Part shown: positions 12,400-25,400 of the stretch, piece by piece
Layout of the letters: every line of letters starts with the position of its first letter
Numbering within the stretch: the stretch's first letter is position 1
Assembly: GCA_026770705.1 (NCBI GenBank)
Contig: JANJGN010000012.1
Span: forward strand, 112,282,001 to 112,346,000
Direction of reading: 5' to 3'
Source of the DNA: Isurus oxyrinchus
Lineage: Eukaryota
Length of the DNA: 64,000 nucleotides
Program-made: the position numbers and the translations under genes
Notes under the pieces: model-generated
The model's database searches: none
What the model saw: only the letters and a program-made list of their open reading frames with translations
What the model was told of the DNA's origin: nothing

Positions 12400-14100
12400 A
12401 CTTGATGACATTAATTGACAGAGACCAATTGGGGATGTTCAAAGGATTGGTTGATTATTTGCTGGAATGCTTGGTGTCAGCTACATTGGAGGGGGGCACA
12501 GGAAGGGTGACAGTTGCATGTGCTTCTGACATCAGCCTGCTGATGGCTTGTTTGATCACGCATCTGGTGATCATAGGACATTCACTGTAGTGCTATTAGG
12601 CTTCATTGACCAGGTTTTGGTGTGTCTCATCAGCCAAATTTGATGTACCCTTCTTTCCTCACAGCCACCAATTAACAGCAGTTACAAATCCAAAGACATC
12701 AGGGAGCTTTAACTGCTGCAAAAGCATTATGGCAACTCCATGGGAATCTTAAGCACACCTTCAGAAATATCTTCTAGCTGCAGATCAATGGAGTGGAGGC
12801 CCTTGTGGTTCACAAATATTCCTGGTTGACCTGTATGAGTGCGGATTGACACGTGTGCAGTTGATGGCACACTTCCCTGGTGGGAAGTCAATCAGATCTG
12901 CAAACCCGAGTACCCTCATTCTGACTGACATCATTGGAGGGAAAGTTGACATAATTGCCGGCCCTGGCAAAAGAGTGCATCAGGCACATGTGTTATGAGA
13001 GCAAGGTTTTGTAAGATGGTTATTTTTCAAACTGTCTCTTTAATTCAAGGTAAAAATAGAGTAATGAAGAGGGCATGTGATCTCCTAATATTTCTGGCTG
13101 ATGAAAGGCCTATGTGACCTTGTTGTCATGGGGACTGGGGGTACAGGTCAAATCCTATTTGAAACCCAAGTGTCAGCTTTCACATCTGGACTTTCTAAGT
13201 AAGGAGCAACTAACTTTGCTATGAGCAGACTTACAAATTCAGAGACCCTGGACAGAGAGAGAGAGAGAGTCCCAGAGAGAGAGAGACAGGGAAGTAACAG
13301 TTGCTGCGAAAAAACAGGGAAAAAGGCTGTTCTCTGTTAGCCACCAGGCCGAATGTTGGTGGGAGCTTGTTCTCTGGTCGAAGAGATAGGACTGGTAGAG
13401 ATTTGACAATGGCATGGCCGGGGATGGGTGTTTCCAGAGTGGGCCTTACTGCTCGAAGTTGGTTCGAGAATCCTCTGAAGACTGAGGGAAGCGAGTTTTG
13501 ACGGACACTGAATATTATGACTCAGTGAAACCAGAAGAAGCAAACCCATTGGAGCCTGGAGACAACTTTGGACTGATCCCTATAAAGACTACAAATCTGC
13601 AGAGAGTAGGGTACAACCTATAAACATGGAGTAGGGTTTTTGTTTGTCTTAGCAAGTTGGGTTACCTTTTTGCCTACTAAGTAATGTTTAGTTGACGTTC
13701 ATTTTAGCTTATTTGTTAGAGTAAAAGTCTTAAAATGTGAAACCTTTTCATGTGATTCTTTGAGTCGATTACTGGAAATTCAGATCTTTTTAAAAGTTAT
13801 CGGTTTCTATGGGGATCGTAAAACCTGTCTTATGCATTTGTGGGCTGCTGGCCGGGAGATCCTTGATATATTTCCGCTGGAGCCCTGGATGGATCTGTGC
13901 CAAAAGAATTTGAGGGAGGTGGTGACTTTGACAGCCACTGGTAATGTATGGCCACCAGGTCCAGCAGGGAGTGGGTGTTCCTCCTTAAGGTATCAGGTGT
14001 CTGCCACCACCTGACACAATAGCCTGAACCTCTTGAATCACTGCTGTTCAATGTGTCAAGGAGTCTCAGCCTCTGCCTGTGAGGTGGACTGTGGCTCCTA
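12400..14100 (-). pseudogene. Harbinger transposase pseudogene split by a solo LTR
   Basis: GGHTLPVAVKVTTSLKFF..SIQGSSG.IS.ISRPAAHKCIRQ | VPDAL(frameshift)FARAGNYVNFP...GFADLIDFP..CAINCTRV...IFVNHKGLHSI...TRCVIKQAISRL. Confidence 0.8.
12991..13823 (+). mobile_element. Solo LTR inserted in the Harbinger transposase
   Basis: Begins TGTTATGA, ends TCGTAAAA (eroded TAACA), 4-bp TSD catg/cctg; removing it rejoins the transposase codons RQ-VPDAL. Orientation is tentative. Confidence 0.7.
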
Positions 14101-16724
14101 TGAGCAGCATTGCTCTCTGCTGCTTTGTTCTTTGCTATTCAGCTAAATGTCTGATACTGCTCGCACTGCTGCTGCTACTGGTCTCCCTGCTCCTTGGCTG
14201 AGGTCCAATCCAAGGCAATCAAGGTGCACCCACCCTGATGTGACTCAGAAAACCTCTAAAATGTAGAAAGTAAACTCAGCAAAATTACTGTGAACAAACC
14301 CTTTTCCACTAGTAGGTAAGGAAGCATCTGTGAGTATTGAATATTTTATTGCAGTACTTCCATGAGCTTTAATCAGCTCCCTGAATTGCCTCTGTGTTCT
14401 CACAATGCTTTCACTGGCAAATTTCAGGGAAATGCTAGGAAATTATTTTAAAATTAAAACTGCATTGAAATATCACTCTAATTGAGCATTAGTATATGTT
14501 ACCAGGCAAGCCACCTCTCCCAAGGGGTTTGTGTGTAAGCAGTTTAACGCGTCCAAGTTAATTGTGTAAGTCAGAAGGTTGGAGCTCTCAATTTTGCAGC
14601 TTTTAACTCCCATCTACACCATGTACGCCTCCAGGTTAAAATTTTCCTCCTGTTTGCTATATTTCCTACTTCATGAGGTTGCCTTTTACTAATTCATCTT
14701 CAATCTTTGATTGATGTCCAAAAGCAACATTCGTTAACTTTGTGCTTGTGATGCTATGTGGCTAAAATCAAATAATTTGTCTTGTGCACCGGCAATATTA
14801 AAGTTAGATGATTTAATTATTTCTATGTGGGGGTGGTTGTGGGGAGGTGTAATTTGTTTATTATGTTGAGAGATGTCAGTTCTGTGGATTGGATCAGGTT
14901 TTGTATTTAACATCCCAGACTCCTGGATAGAATGCAGCACAGCTTAGGTAGTTTAATTTCCATACGTTATGCATTACTCTCTAGCTGAGGCGATGGACAA
15001 AAAGCCTTTTATCAAATGTTTGCTTATAGAGCTCTGTAATCTTAAAGAAACCACATCACAATTGACCACTGAAGCAAGCATAATACAAGCAGAAAGTGAA
15101 TTATCTCCAATATTTTTGCCTGCTTGACACCTGCTAATGTTAACTTTGCTGCCAGATTAAAAGCAGAAATCTTTCTGTTCATATCTTATCACTCACACAT
15201 TGGTATGCAGTTATGTTGTGCCTCCATGCCACCAATAAAGAGATTTTTAGATTATCTTTGGCAATTAACAATACCAAAAAAATCACCTTTTCCTGTAATA
15301 TGTTCAAGAACCTTATTTTTTAAAGGTATTTATTATCTATACTCAGCCTCAACTTTGAGAACTGTTCTATCTTTTTGCCAATCAAGAGCCAAATAAGGCA
15401 GCGGGGGTATAGGTCAGGATAACAAAGTGATTTAATCCGTGACGGCAGAAATGGAGAGGCTTCTTTGACAGCACAGAGCCTTGCTAGATGCAAGTGGAGT
15501 AAGATACAGAGCCTTTCTGTTTCTCCCCCTTTCTCCCTGCTTCACTTCTCTTCCTCCCTTCTCTACAACTCTTTCTTTCACTGTCATTCACTTTTGTTTC
15601 CCTCTCTCCTGCTTCACTTTTGTTTCTCTCTCTGCTCCTTCACTTTTCACTCTCTTGTTGATCTAACAGAACCCAAAGGAGTATGTTGGAGTTGTTGCTG
15701 CATCACAGAGAGTGGAAAGGAGCCAGGGTTGGACAACAGACATAACACAAAGAACAGGAGAACAGGCTGGGGCCTCAGATGCTTCAGAGTATGTAATAGC
15801 ATCCATCAGGAGCACATAAAAGATTACATGAAGGAAGAAACAGTCCATTTACATGTGCACTGAGTATCAGAATGTATGTAAGTCTTTCATCGACATAATT
15901 GTATCTCTTTATATAACAAGTAGGTCTTATGGCCTTAAATGACTACATAAATTACATCTCAATAGTGGCAGTATTTTAGCATATATATTAACCTAATCTT
16001 CATGGTAATTACACAATTGTCTACCTCCTGATGGATTCTGTCTAACATTGAGCACATATTTCACATTTATTTCCTGCCATTCTTTCCGCCACAAAATGTT
16101 TGCCTGTCAAATTAATGAGTTGAAGGTTATAAAATTGCATAGCACCTACAACACAGAAACAGGCCATTCAGCCCAACTGACCTATGGCAGTGTTTATGTT
16201 CCACACGAACCTCCTCACAACCCTCTTTTTGTAAACCTATCAGCATATCAGAAATCAAATCGAAAATACATGTCTAATAGATAATTTAATGTATTTTAAG
16301 GAGACTGTGCATATAGCAAACATACCTGAATCATTCATACTGAAGACATTCTGGAATAAAAATATTGACTGGCTTGGCATTTTAAATTGCAGGGCCCCAG
16401 TATTTCTAAATCCAATTCTGTTCTGAACAGGCTACCAAGGTTGAAGACTAGAGGGGCAATCGTGCAAGGCTCCCATGCTAATGAACATAAATTAGGAAAT
16501 TGGGGGCCTAGCGTCATAACCTCTCAGACCTGCAGTCCTTTGTAGTAAGCTTGTACCCTGTCAATGGAGTCTTGTGAAATTATCACTTATTTACTATTCT
16601 CAGATACTATTGAGGACATTGTACATTTTTTCAGTGATTCAGCCTTTCTGGACAGGAACATGAGTCAGAGTGTTTATATTTTATCTTTTTTAAAAAATTT
16701 TTTTCACGGGGCATGGGCGTCACT

Positions 16725-19290
16725 GGCTAGGTCAGCATTTTTTATTGCCCATCCTTAATTTCCCTTGAGAAGGCCTTGGTGAGCCACCTTCTTGAACCTC
16801 TGCAGTCCATCTGGCATAGGTACATCCACAGTGTTGTTAGGGAGGGTGCTCCATGATTTTGACCCAGCGACAGGGAAGGAATGGTGATATAGTTCCAAGT
16901 CAGGCTGATGTGTGGCTTGGAGAGGAACTTGCAGGTGGTAGCGTTCCCATGTGTCTGCAGCCTTTGTCCTTCCAGATGGTACAGGTCGTGGGTTGGAAGG
17001 TGCTGTCGAAGGAGCCTTGGTGAGTTGCTGTAGCGCATCTTGTAGATGATACACACTGCTGCCACTGTGTGTGAGTAGTGGAGGGAGTGAATGGTGAAGT
17101 TGGTGGGGTGCCAATCAAATGGACTGTTTTGTTAGGATGGTGCCGTGCTTTTTGAGTGTTGTTGGATCTGCACTCATCCAGGCAAGTGGAGAATGTTCCA
17201 TCACACTCCTGACTTGTGTCTTGTAGATGGTCGACAGGCTCTGGGCAGTTAGGAGGTGAGTTAATCTCTGCTGAATTCTCAGCCTCTGACCTGCTCTTAT
17301 AGTCACAGTATTTATATGGCTGGTCCAGTTAAGTTTCTGGTCAATGCTTACCCACAGGATGTTGATAGTGGGGGATTCAGCGATGGTAATGCCATTGAGT
17401 GTCAAGGGGTGATGGTTAGATTCTCTCTTGGTGGAGAGGATTTCCCCGATTCCCATTGACTTCAGTTTTACGAGGGCTCCTTGATCCCACACCCTTTCAA
17501 ATGCTGCTTTGACCTCAAGGGCAGTCACTCTCACTCACTCACCTCTTGAGTTTAGCTCTTTTGTCCATGTTTGAACCAAGGCTGTAATGAGGTCAGGAGC
17601 CAAGTGGCCCTAAACTAAACTGAGCATCACTGAACAGGTTATTGCTGAGTAAGTGCCGCTTGATAGCACTGTCGACGACACTTTCAATCACTTTGCTGAA
17701 TAATAGACTGATGGTGGATAGTTGACTGGGTTGGATTTGTCCTGCTTTTTGTAGTCACGACATACCTGGGCAGTTTTCCACATTGGTGGGTGGATGCCAG
17801 TGTTGTAGCTCTACTGGAACAGCTTGGATCAGGGTACAGCTAGTTCTGAAGCACAAGTCTGCAGTACTATTGCCGAAATATTGTCAGGGCATATAGCTTT
17901 TGCAGTATGCAGTGCCTTCAGCTATTTCTTGATATCACATGGAGTGAGTAGAATTGGCTGAAGACCGGCATCTGTGACGCTGAAGACATCTGGAGGAGGC
18001 TAAGGTGAATCATCCGCTCGGCACTTCTGGCTGAAGATTGTTTCAGCTTTGTCTTTCGTACTGATGTGCAGGGCTCTCTCATCATTGAGGATGGGGATAT
18101 TTGTGGAGCCTCCTTCTCCAGTTAATTGTTTAATTGTCCACCACTTTTCATGACCAGATTTGGCAGGACTGCAGAACTTAGATCTGATCCATTGGTTGCT
18201 GGATCATTTAGCTCTGTCTATCACATACTGTTTTCACTGCTTGGCATGCAAGTAGTCCTGTCTTGTAGCTTCACCAGGTTGACACCTCATTTTTAGATAT
18301 GCCTGACACTGCTCCTAGCATTCTTCATTGAACCAGGGTTGATCCCAGGCTTGATGGTAATGGTAGAATGGGGGATATGATGGGTCATGAGGTTACAGAT
18401 TGGGTTGAGTACAATTCTTCCGCTGCTCTTGGCCCACAGTGCCTCACGGATGCCCAGTTTTGAGTTGCTAGATCTATTCAAAATCTATTCCATTTTGTAA
18501 AGTGGTATCCCAACATAACATGATGGAGGGGATGCTCAGTGTGAAGACGGGACTTTGTCTCCACAAGGACTGTGCAGTGGTTGTTCTTACCGATACTGTT
18601 AAGGACAGATGCATCTGCGACAGGTAAATTGGTGAGGAAGAAGTCAAGTAGATTTTTGTCTTTTGTTGGTTCCCTCACCACCTGCTGCAGACCCAGTCTA
18701 GCAGTAATGTCATTTAGGACTGGCGGACATACAGATCATACCCAGGGATGGTGATGGTGGTGTCACGGACATTGACTGTAAGATATGATTCCGTGAGTAT
18801 GACTATGTCAGGCTATTGTTTGACTAGTGTGTGAGGCAGCCCCCCCAATTTTGGCACAAGTAAGTAATGTTAGTAAGGAAGATTTTGCAGGATTGACAGG
18901 CTGGGTTTGCCATTGGTGTCGTTCTTGGTGCATAAGTCAATGCCGACTGATCAGCCTGGTTTCATTCCTTTCTATAGGCTTTGATACACTCAGTTGTTCA
19001 AAGGGTTTGGTGTCATAAGTAGGCCAGGCCAGATAAGGACAGCAGATTTTCTTCCCTAAAGGGTATTAGTGAACCAGCTAGGTTTTTATACCAATCAATG
19101 AGAGTTCAATGGTCATGATTACTGAGACTAGCTCACTATTACTGAGACTAGCTTTTAATTCCGTTTTATTAACTGAATTTAAGCTTCACCAGCCACTGTG
19201 AAACTGTTTGGATTTGAGACCGTGTCCCCAGACCATTAGTCTGGATCTCTGGATTACTAGCCCGGTGATATTACCACTGTGCCATCTCCT
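16725..19290 (-). mobile_element. Near full-length but internally deleted LINE (CR1/L2 superclade, APE endonuclease plus RT) with a tRNA-like 5' head
   Basis: EN motifs (VREPTKDKNLLDFFLTNLP), RT (ALEVKAAFERVW...INILWVSIDQKLNWTSHI), 3' tail shared with the SINE at 5.6 kb; 5' end at 19000-19290 carries A/B boxes. Confidence 0.85.
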
Positions 19291-19423
19291 CTAAAGTGGA
19301 TTCAAGTGATTCCCCCTATCATTGTTTCAAAGAATCCCCAACAGAAAATAGTGTGAATGTACCAGTAGTTCTAGTGTTGTACCATGAGATGTCTCTGAAC
19401 TACTGTGTGTGGCAGTAAATAGG

Positions 19424-22400
19424 AATAGTGCTTGTAAGTAAAACCTTTCATATGTTTGGGGATCATGTGACAGTACAGACGAATTAGCCCTAAGTGCTGG
19501 TAATCTTAGGGGTGGAGCTTTCTAGTTGTGGACCTGGTTCAAGCATGTAGCTTCATCAGGAGCTATGTAAATAAAGTTTACTGTTTCTAACAAGAAACCT
19601 GTCCGGTACACCAAGTTTATTACAATTGGCGATGAGGATATACAGATCCGATACTGCATGTTGCCTCCTGAATGTGTGTATATCGATTTTTAAAGGAAGA
19701 AAGAAAAGTATACTCACTAATCATGCCACTCTTTGGCAGAATTGATCTGTATGGCTCGCCCACGGAAGACTGAAGCCACTGCATAGGTTTCTACTTTGTG
19801 GTGAATGGAATAACAGCATAGGAGAAGCAGAAAATAATTCTTCCAAGTGTCTGCAGGAGCAAGACATATAACCTCATCCATAGTCTGATGGCCCTGAATA
19901 CGCCAAACTCCAGATCCTTTAATGAGCTAGCTGGTAGACCTAGTGAAGACACATTTTCAGCCATCAATGATTATGCAAAGATTCAAGTTCAACTCCAGAG
20001 TAAGGGCCTCAGGTGAGTCAATTGCAACGTATTTCGTGAAGTTAAAGCAGTTGACTGAGTACTGCGACTTCAGAGATACTCTCAATGACATGTTGTGAGA
20101 TCATTTGGTTTGTGGCGTACATGATGATGCTATTCAGTGCCGTTTACTTGCAGAAGTTAATATTGACCTGAATCGTGCCATGAAAATGGCACTAGCAATG
20201 GAGAGTGATGAGAGGGACTTGCAGGCTTTTCAGAGTGTGCAACATGGCACCATTTTTCAGTTGGGGTGGGAACCTACTGCCAGGCGTGGCGAGGAAACCA
20301 GGGAGACATCCGTGAAGCAGGAAACTTTCTCTACCCATCAAAAAACACAAAGGAATACTGGAAGAATCTCATCAGTGATTCAGAAATTAATTTGTTATCG
20401 ATGTGGGGCAAACATGTTCCAGAAATCTGCAGATTTAAAGAGGGAGAATGCCACCACTGTCACAAAAAAGGGCTTGTTATAAAGCAATGCAGGGCAAAAT
20501 CAAGACAGCCAATCAGGAACCAGACCAAGATGATTGAAGTGCACAATATAAATGAACCAGGAGCTGCTGAAACTGATATCAATTCCCTATTAAACCTCAA
20601 GGTAGTGAAAACTGAACCAATCACGATCACCCTTCAAGTAAATGGGAAGCCTCTAGTCATGGAGATTGACCACAGTGGTGGGAGAACACGTCTTTAAGTA
20701 CCTAAGTGAAGGTACTCAGCCACTGAATCTGGAAAAAACCACGGCTCAGCTGAAGACGTACACTTTAGAGGCAATACAGGAAAAAGGCATCGTCTCTGTA
20801 CCTGTGTGCTACTGGCAGCAGACACCCCAGCTGCCAGTGATTATTATAACAGGTGAAGGACCTAACCTCCTGGGCTGTGATTGGTTAAGAAAGATTAAGC
20901 TCAAATTTTTCAGGTTAGAACAGGAGGAATTCCTGAGTTGTTACAAAAGTATGACAGCGTATTCTGTGATGAGTTGGGTAAGATAAAAGGCCTACAGGCA
21001 AAAATATATGTGGATTCGGAGGCAACACCCTGATTCTTTAAGGCCAGATCTGTGCCTTACATCCTAAAGGAGAAGGTGGATGCAGAATTTTGCCGCTTAG
21101 AGGAATTAGGAATAATCCAGGCAGTCCAATTTTCAGAATGGACAACACTCGTAGTCCCTGTGATGAAACCAGAACAAACCATTCACATTTGCGGAGACTA
21201 CAAATTAACTATGAATAAGACTGCTAAATTAGATAAATACCCTATTCCAAGGATTGACAATTTGTAAGCTAAGCTTGTTGGAGGAAAATCCGACACCAAA
21301 CTGGACTTGAGCCATGTATATGGTTATAATGGTTTATAACCATTATAACCATAACACACACAAGGGCCTGTACCAATATATGCCTCTACCCTTTGGTGTA
21401 TCATCTGCTTGTGCAATTTTCCAAAGAGCCATGGAAAGTCTACTACAAGGTCTTCCCAAGTTGTAGTGTACCTGGATGACATCCTGATCACAGGATCAAT
21501 GGAAGCTGAACATATGGCCCATCTAGAAGAGGCTTTAAGGAGATTTTTGGAAGCTGGTGTACGACTGAAAAAAAAGGGAAGTGTACTTTCCAAGTTACTG
21601 AAGTCATTTATTTGGGTCATCGAGTAGTTGCATCTAGTAGAGGACAAAGTCAGGGCAATCAAGGAGGTACCCTCTCCTACCAGTGTCACTGAATTCAAGT
21701 CTTTTTGGGCATGATAAATTATTAGCTTCTTGCTAAATTTGTCTACAGTTCTCCCCTTTACACTTTTTATTGGAAAAGACCAAAAGATGGTCATGGAAGG
21801 TGCAACAAGAAGAAACCTTCATAAAAGTCAAGAAACTTTTACACTCATCATGTCTGCTACAACTTATGACTCATCAAAAGAATTAATATTAACCTGTGAT
21901 GCATCTCCCTATGGTGTGGGAGCAGTATTGTCACACTAGATGGAAGATGGTTTCAAAAGGCCAATGGGATATGTCTCCAGAACCTCTCTATAACCAAGAA
22001 GGGTTACTCACAACTTGAAAAAGAAGGCTTATCAGTAATATTTGAGTGAAGCAGATAAAGAATTGGACAAACCGGGATCCAATTTTATCAAGATTCCAAG
22101 AGCAGGTATTGCAAGGATTGTCAAATGCATCAGTCTCTGAAGAGATTCTATGCCCATAAAATGGAACTAAGTTGTCAAAATAGAATCTTGTTGCGGGGAG
22201 CAAGAGTTGTTGTCCCTTCGCAAGGAAGAGAGCCACTCATGACAGAGCTTCACAGTGCACATCCAGGCATTTTGAAGATGAAGTTCTTGTCGCAGAGCTA
22301 CATCTGGTGACCGAGTATAGACAGTGATGTAGAAAAATTTTTAGGTATCATGTTTTTAGTGATCATCGACGTGCATTCTAAGTGGATGGATGTGTATGAA

Positions 22401-25400
22401 GTTAGATAAATGACTTTGTGTGCAATTATTGAAAAGCTGCTCCAATGTTTTAGTGTACATGGCCCACAATGTTTTGGATAATGCCACTGCTTTCACTAGT
22501 ACGGAATTCCAGAGATTCATGAACTTAAATTGGATTAAACATGTCAAAACAGCAACATATCATCCCTCATCCCATGGGTTACCAGAAAGAGCAGTACAAA
22601 CTTTTAAAACAGGAATGGAGAAATTATCCGAAGGAATGTTAGAAACACGAATTTCACAATTTCTTCTCAACTATCGCAAGACTCCTCATGCAACTACCGG
22701 TTCAACACTGTCTGAATTACTGATGAAATGTTGCTTTCGTGCAAGGGTGAGTCTGGTGTTCCCTAATTTAGAGCGGAATGTAGAGAAGAACTGGAGTAGT
22801 CAGAAAATAAATCATGATATTCACAGATCAAAAATTTACTGTGGGAGAGTCAGTTTTGTGCAAAATTTTGGAACTGGGCCTAGATGGGTTCCTGGTATCA
22901 TTGGGCAGAATCGTCCCAGATTTGCACTGTGTGGTAGCAAGTGGATAAAACATTGCTGGCCACAATGATGGGTTTTCATGCCGTATCATCCCAAACTCGC
23001 CACAATACTTATGCATTCCCGGGAAACACGCCATTTTCATGGTGGGTGAGCTCTCATTCACCCACCATGCCATCACCTCGCTGCTTCATCATGCTGGGTG
23101 CCATATTTAAAGTCCAGATGCACGCACATATCTCAGTGCTTCCAACCCACGACTACTGCAGGGAAGATGTCCATGAAAGGCAAAAAGACTGCGGCACACA
23201 TGTTTAATGAAGTGTCACTGGAATACCACTTTGGACACCATGGAGGCCCGCCGTGATATCCTCTAACCCCCATTCTGGCCACAGGACGGGCAGCGGCATT
23301 ACTAATCCAGCATGACAGACGATGGCAGCAGTGGTCAGTGCCAATGACCTGCAAAAGTGGACAGCCACCGAGTGCCACTACAAGATGAATGGTCTCATTT
23401 ATCTTGCCAGGGTAACTCACACTTCTCATCACTCTCAACTCACACGCTCACAAACCCATCACATATCCACAGGGATCTCACACCTCAAGGGACAACAACA
23501 CTAAATCTCACACACACCCTCACATCTCCATCAGGCTTTGGAGCTCACACCCTCATTCCCGTTCATGGCGCCGCCCACCACACAAACATTCCATGCAGTG
23601 CCATGTGTCTTGCACACACTCTTTCTATCTGTTTCCCTGCAGGAGAGGCTGGCTCACATCAGCAGGGAAAGGTCCCAGACCAGGGTGTGGAGTGGCCCAC
23701 ATTAGGTCCCTCACTCACTTTGAGTAGCGTGCCATTGTGCTGACTGGCGAGGATGTGGACCCTGCCTGCAGTGACGGTGAAGTTAGTGGTGAACACTCAC
23801 ATGAGGACCCTGCACCACATCATCCCTCCCTCAACACAACTATGATCTCTACTTTGGTTCACAGGGAGATCTTCCAAGCGACTGACTCCCTCAGCCAGCC
23901 AGTCCCTCAGCTCCATCCATGTCTTCATCTGCAGACAAGAGGACACCTCCTCCAGTGAAGAGCTGGAAATAAGCAGTCCGGAAGCCCTGTCAGAACACTT
24001 ACCCACACCTTGCACCACGGCAGAGACACCCACCTCGGTGGGACCTAGATCTAGAGCAGGCTCGGTTTCACAATCTGGAGTCCGCAGCAGGAGGAGTCAG
24101 GTTCAGCCGAGCTGCCCAGCACTCAAGAGGACTGCTGAGGAAGAGGCATCTATGAGGTCCGAGGCGGCTGACAAGTCTCTGGATTCGGCCTTCCATCTCA
24201 TCATGGAGAGTCATCAGAAGGTAGGGGAACATCACGCAGAGCTGTTGAAAGCCTTCAACAGAGTGGCAAGCAAGTCGGAGGTGTGCAGTTGCCTACTGTC
24301 TGACGAAGTGGTGCCCACATATGCATGTATGGAGGTCTCCATTGAGAGGATGACAGACATCATGGAGACCCTAGTGCAGCAGAACGCGGAGATGCGTGCA
24401 CTCCATCATGGTATCCATGGATGAGTTCCTGGGGTGATAATGCGAGAGGGAAATGGGGCACCTCGACATTCCTCCAGGTGCTCCTTCCCCTCAAGGAGTC
24501 AGGCCAGGGTCCCTGGGCATCCAAAGGGAGGAGGAGTGACACTAAACGCCCCTGGGTCATTCACTGAGGAATCTCAGAGGCTGTCCTCTTCCTCTGAGTC
24601 CACTTTACCCGTGAACCCCCCACAACCTCATCCTTTGTCACCACACAGGGAGTAGTTGGCCTATGAGTGACTCTGGAGGGAAAAATGTGTGCGTGTGTGG
24701 CAGGGCCTTTCGGAGCCTCGTGCAAGCATTCTCCCACGCAAGCGGATCCTTCACATTTCACACTCATCTGAATGCTGCCTGCTGGGATTCGCTTTCAGGT
24801 GTCCATCTGAGCTGATCTGGACACCCTGCCCTCTCCACATCTCTTCTTCCCCCTGGACACACTCCCCTCTCCTTCCCCTCTCCGCACTCCTTCCCCTCTC
24901 CGCACTCTTTCCCTTACACCTACCTCGCCAGTTACCATCTTCTCCCTAGTTACCCCTCCTCCCCTGTTCTCCCTCCCCTTCAATCTCCTCCCTAACATCT
25001 TCATTCCCCCCTCCTAGCCTCCCCCCGACACCTTCATTCTCCACTCCCTACCTCACCCCTCGACACGTCTTCCTATCCCAGCCGATCCTAGACCTTCATC
25101 TCCCGCCCCCTCGACCGTCACTGGTTGTGAGCATCAACTGTGGCTTTCCAACTTCTGTGCGCTGCTTTGCAGCAGAGCCATATCCATGAGAATCCACCCA
25201 GCATGCCATGGACATTCCTCCAGTGTGTCGTTGCTGTCGGGTTCCAGCATCTTCTGCTCATCGGATGTCTACAATTTGAGCAAAGCCATGGTGCGTAGGT
25301 CCCAATTTCTGCACATCACACTTGTCAAGGTGTGTACTACACTAGCATATTTTCCCACCGACATGGGTGGACCATCCAGTTGGGGGGGGGGGGATGATTC

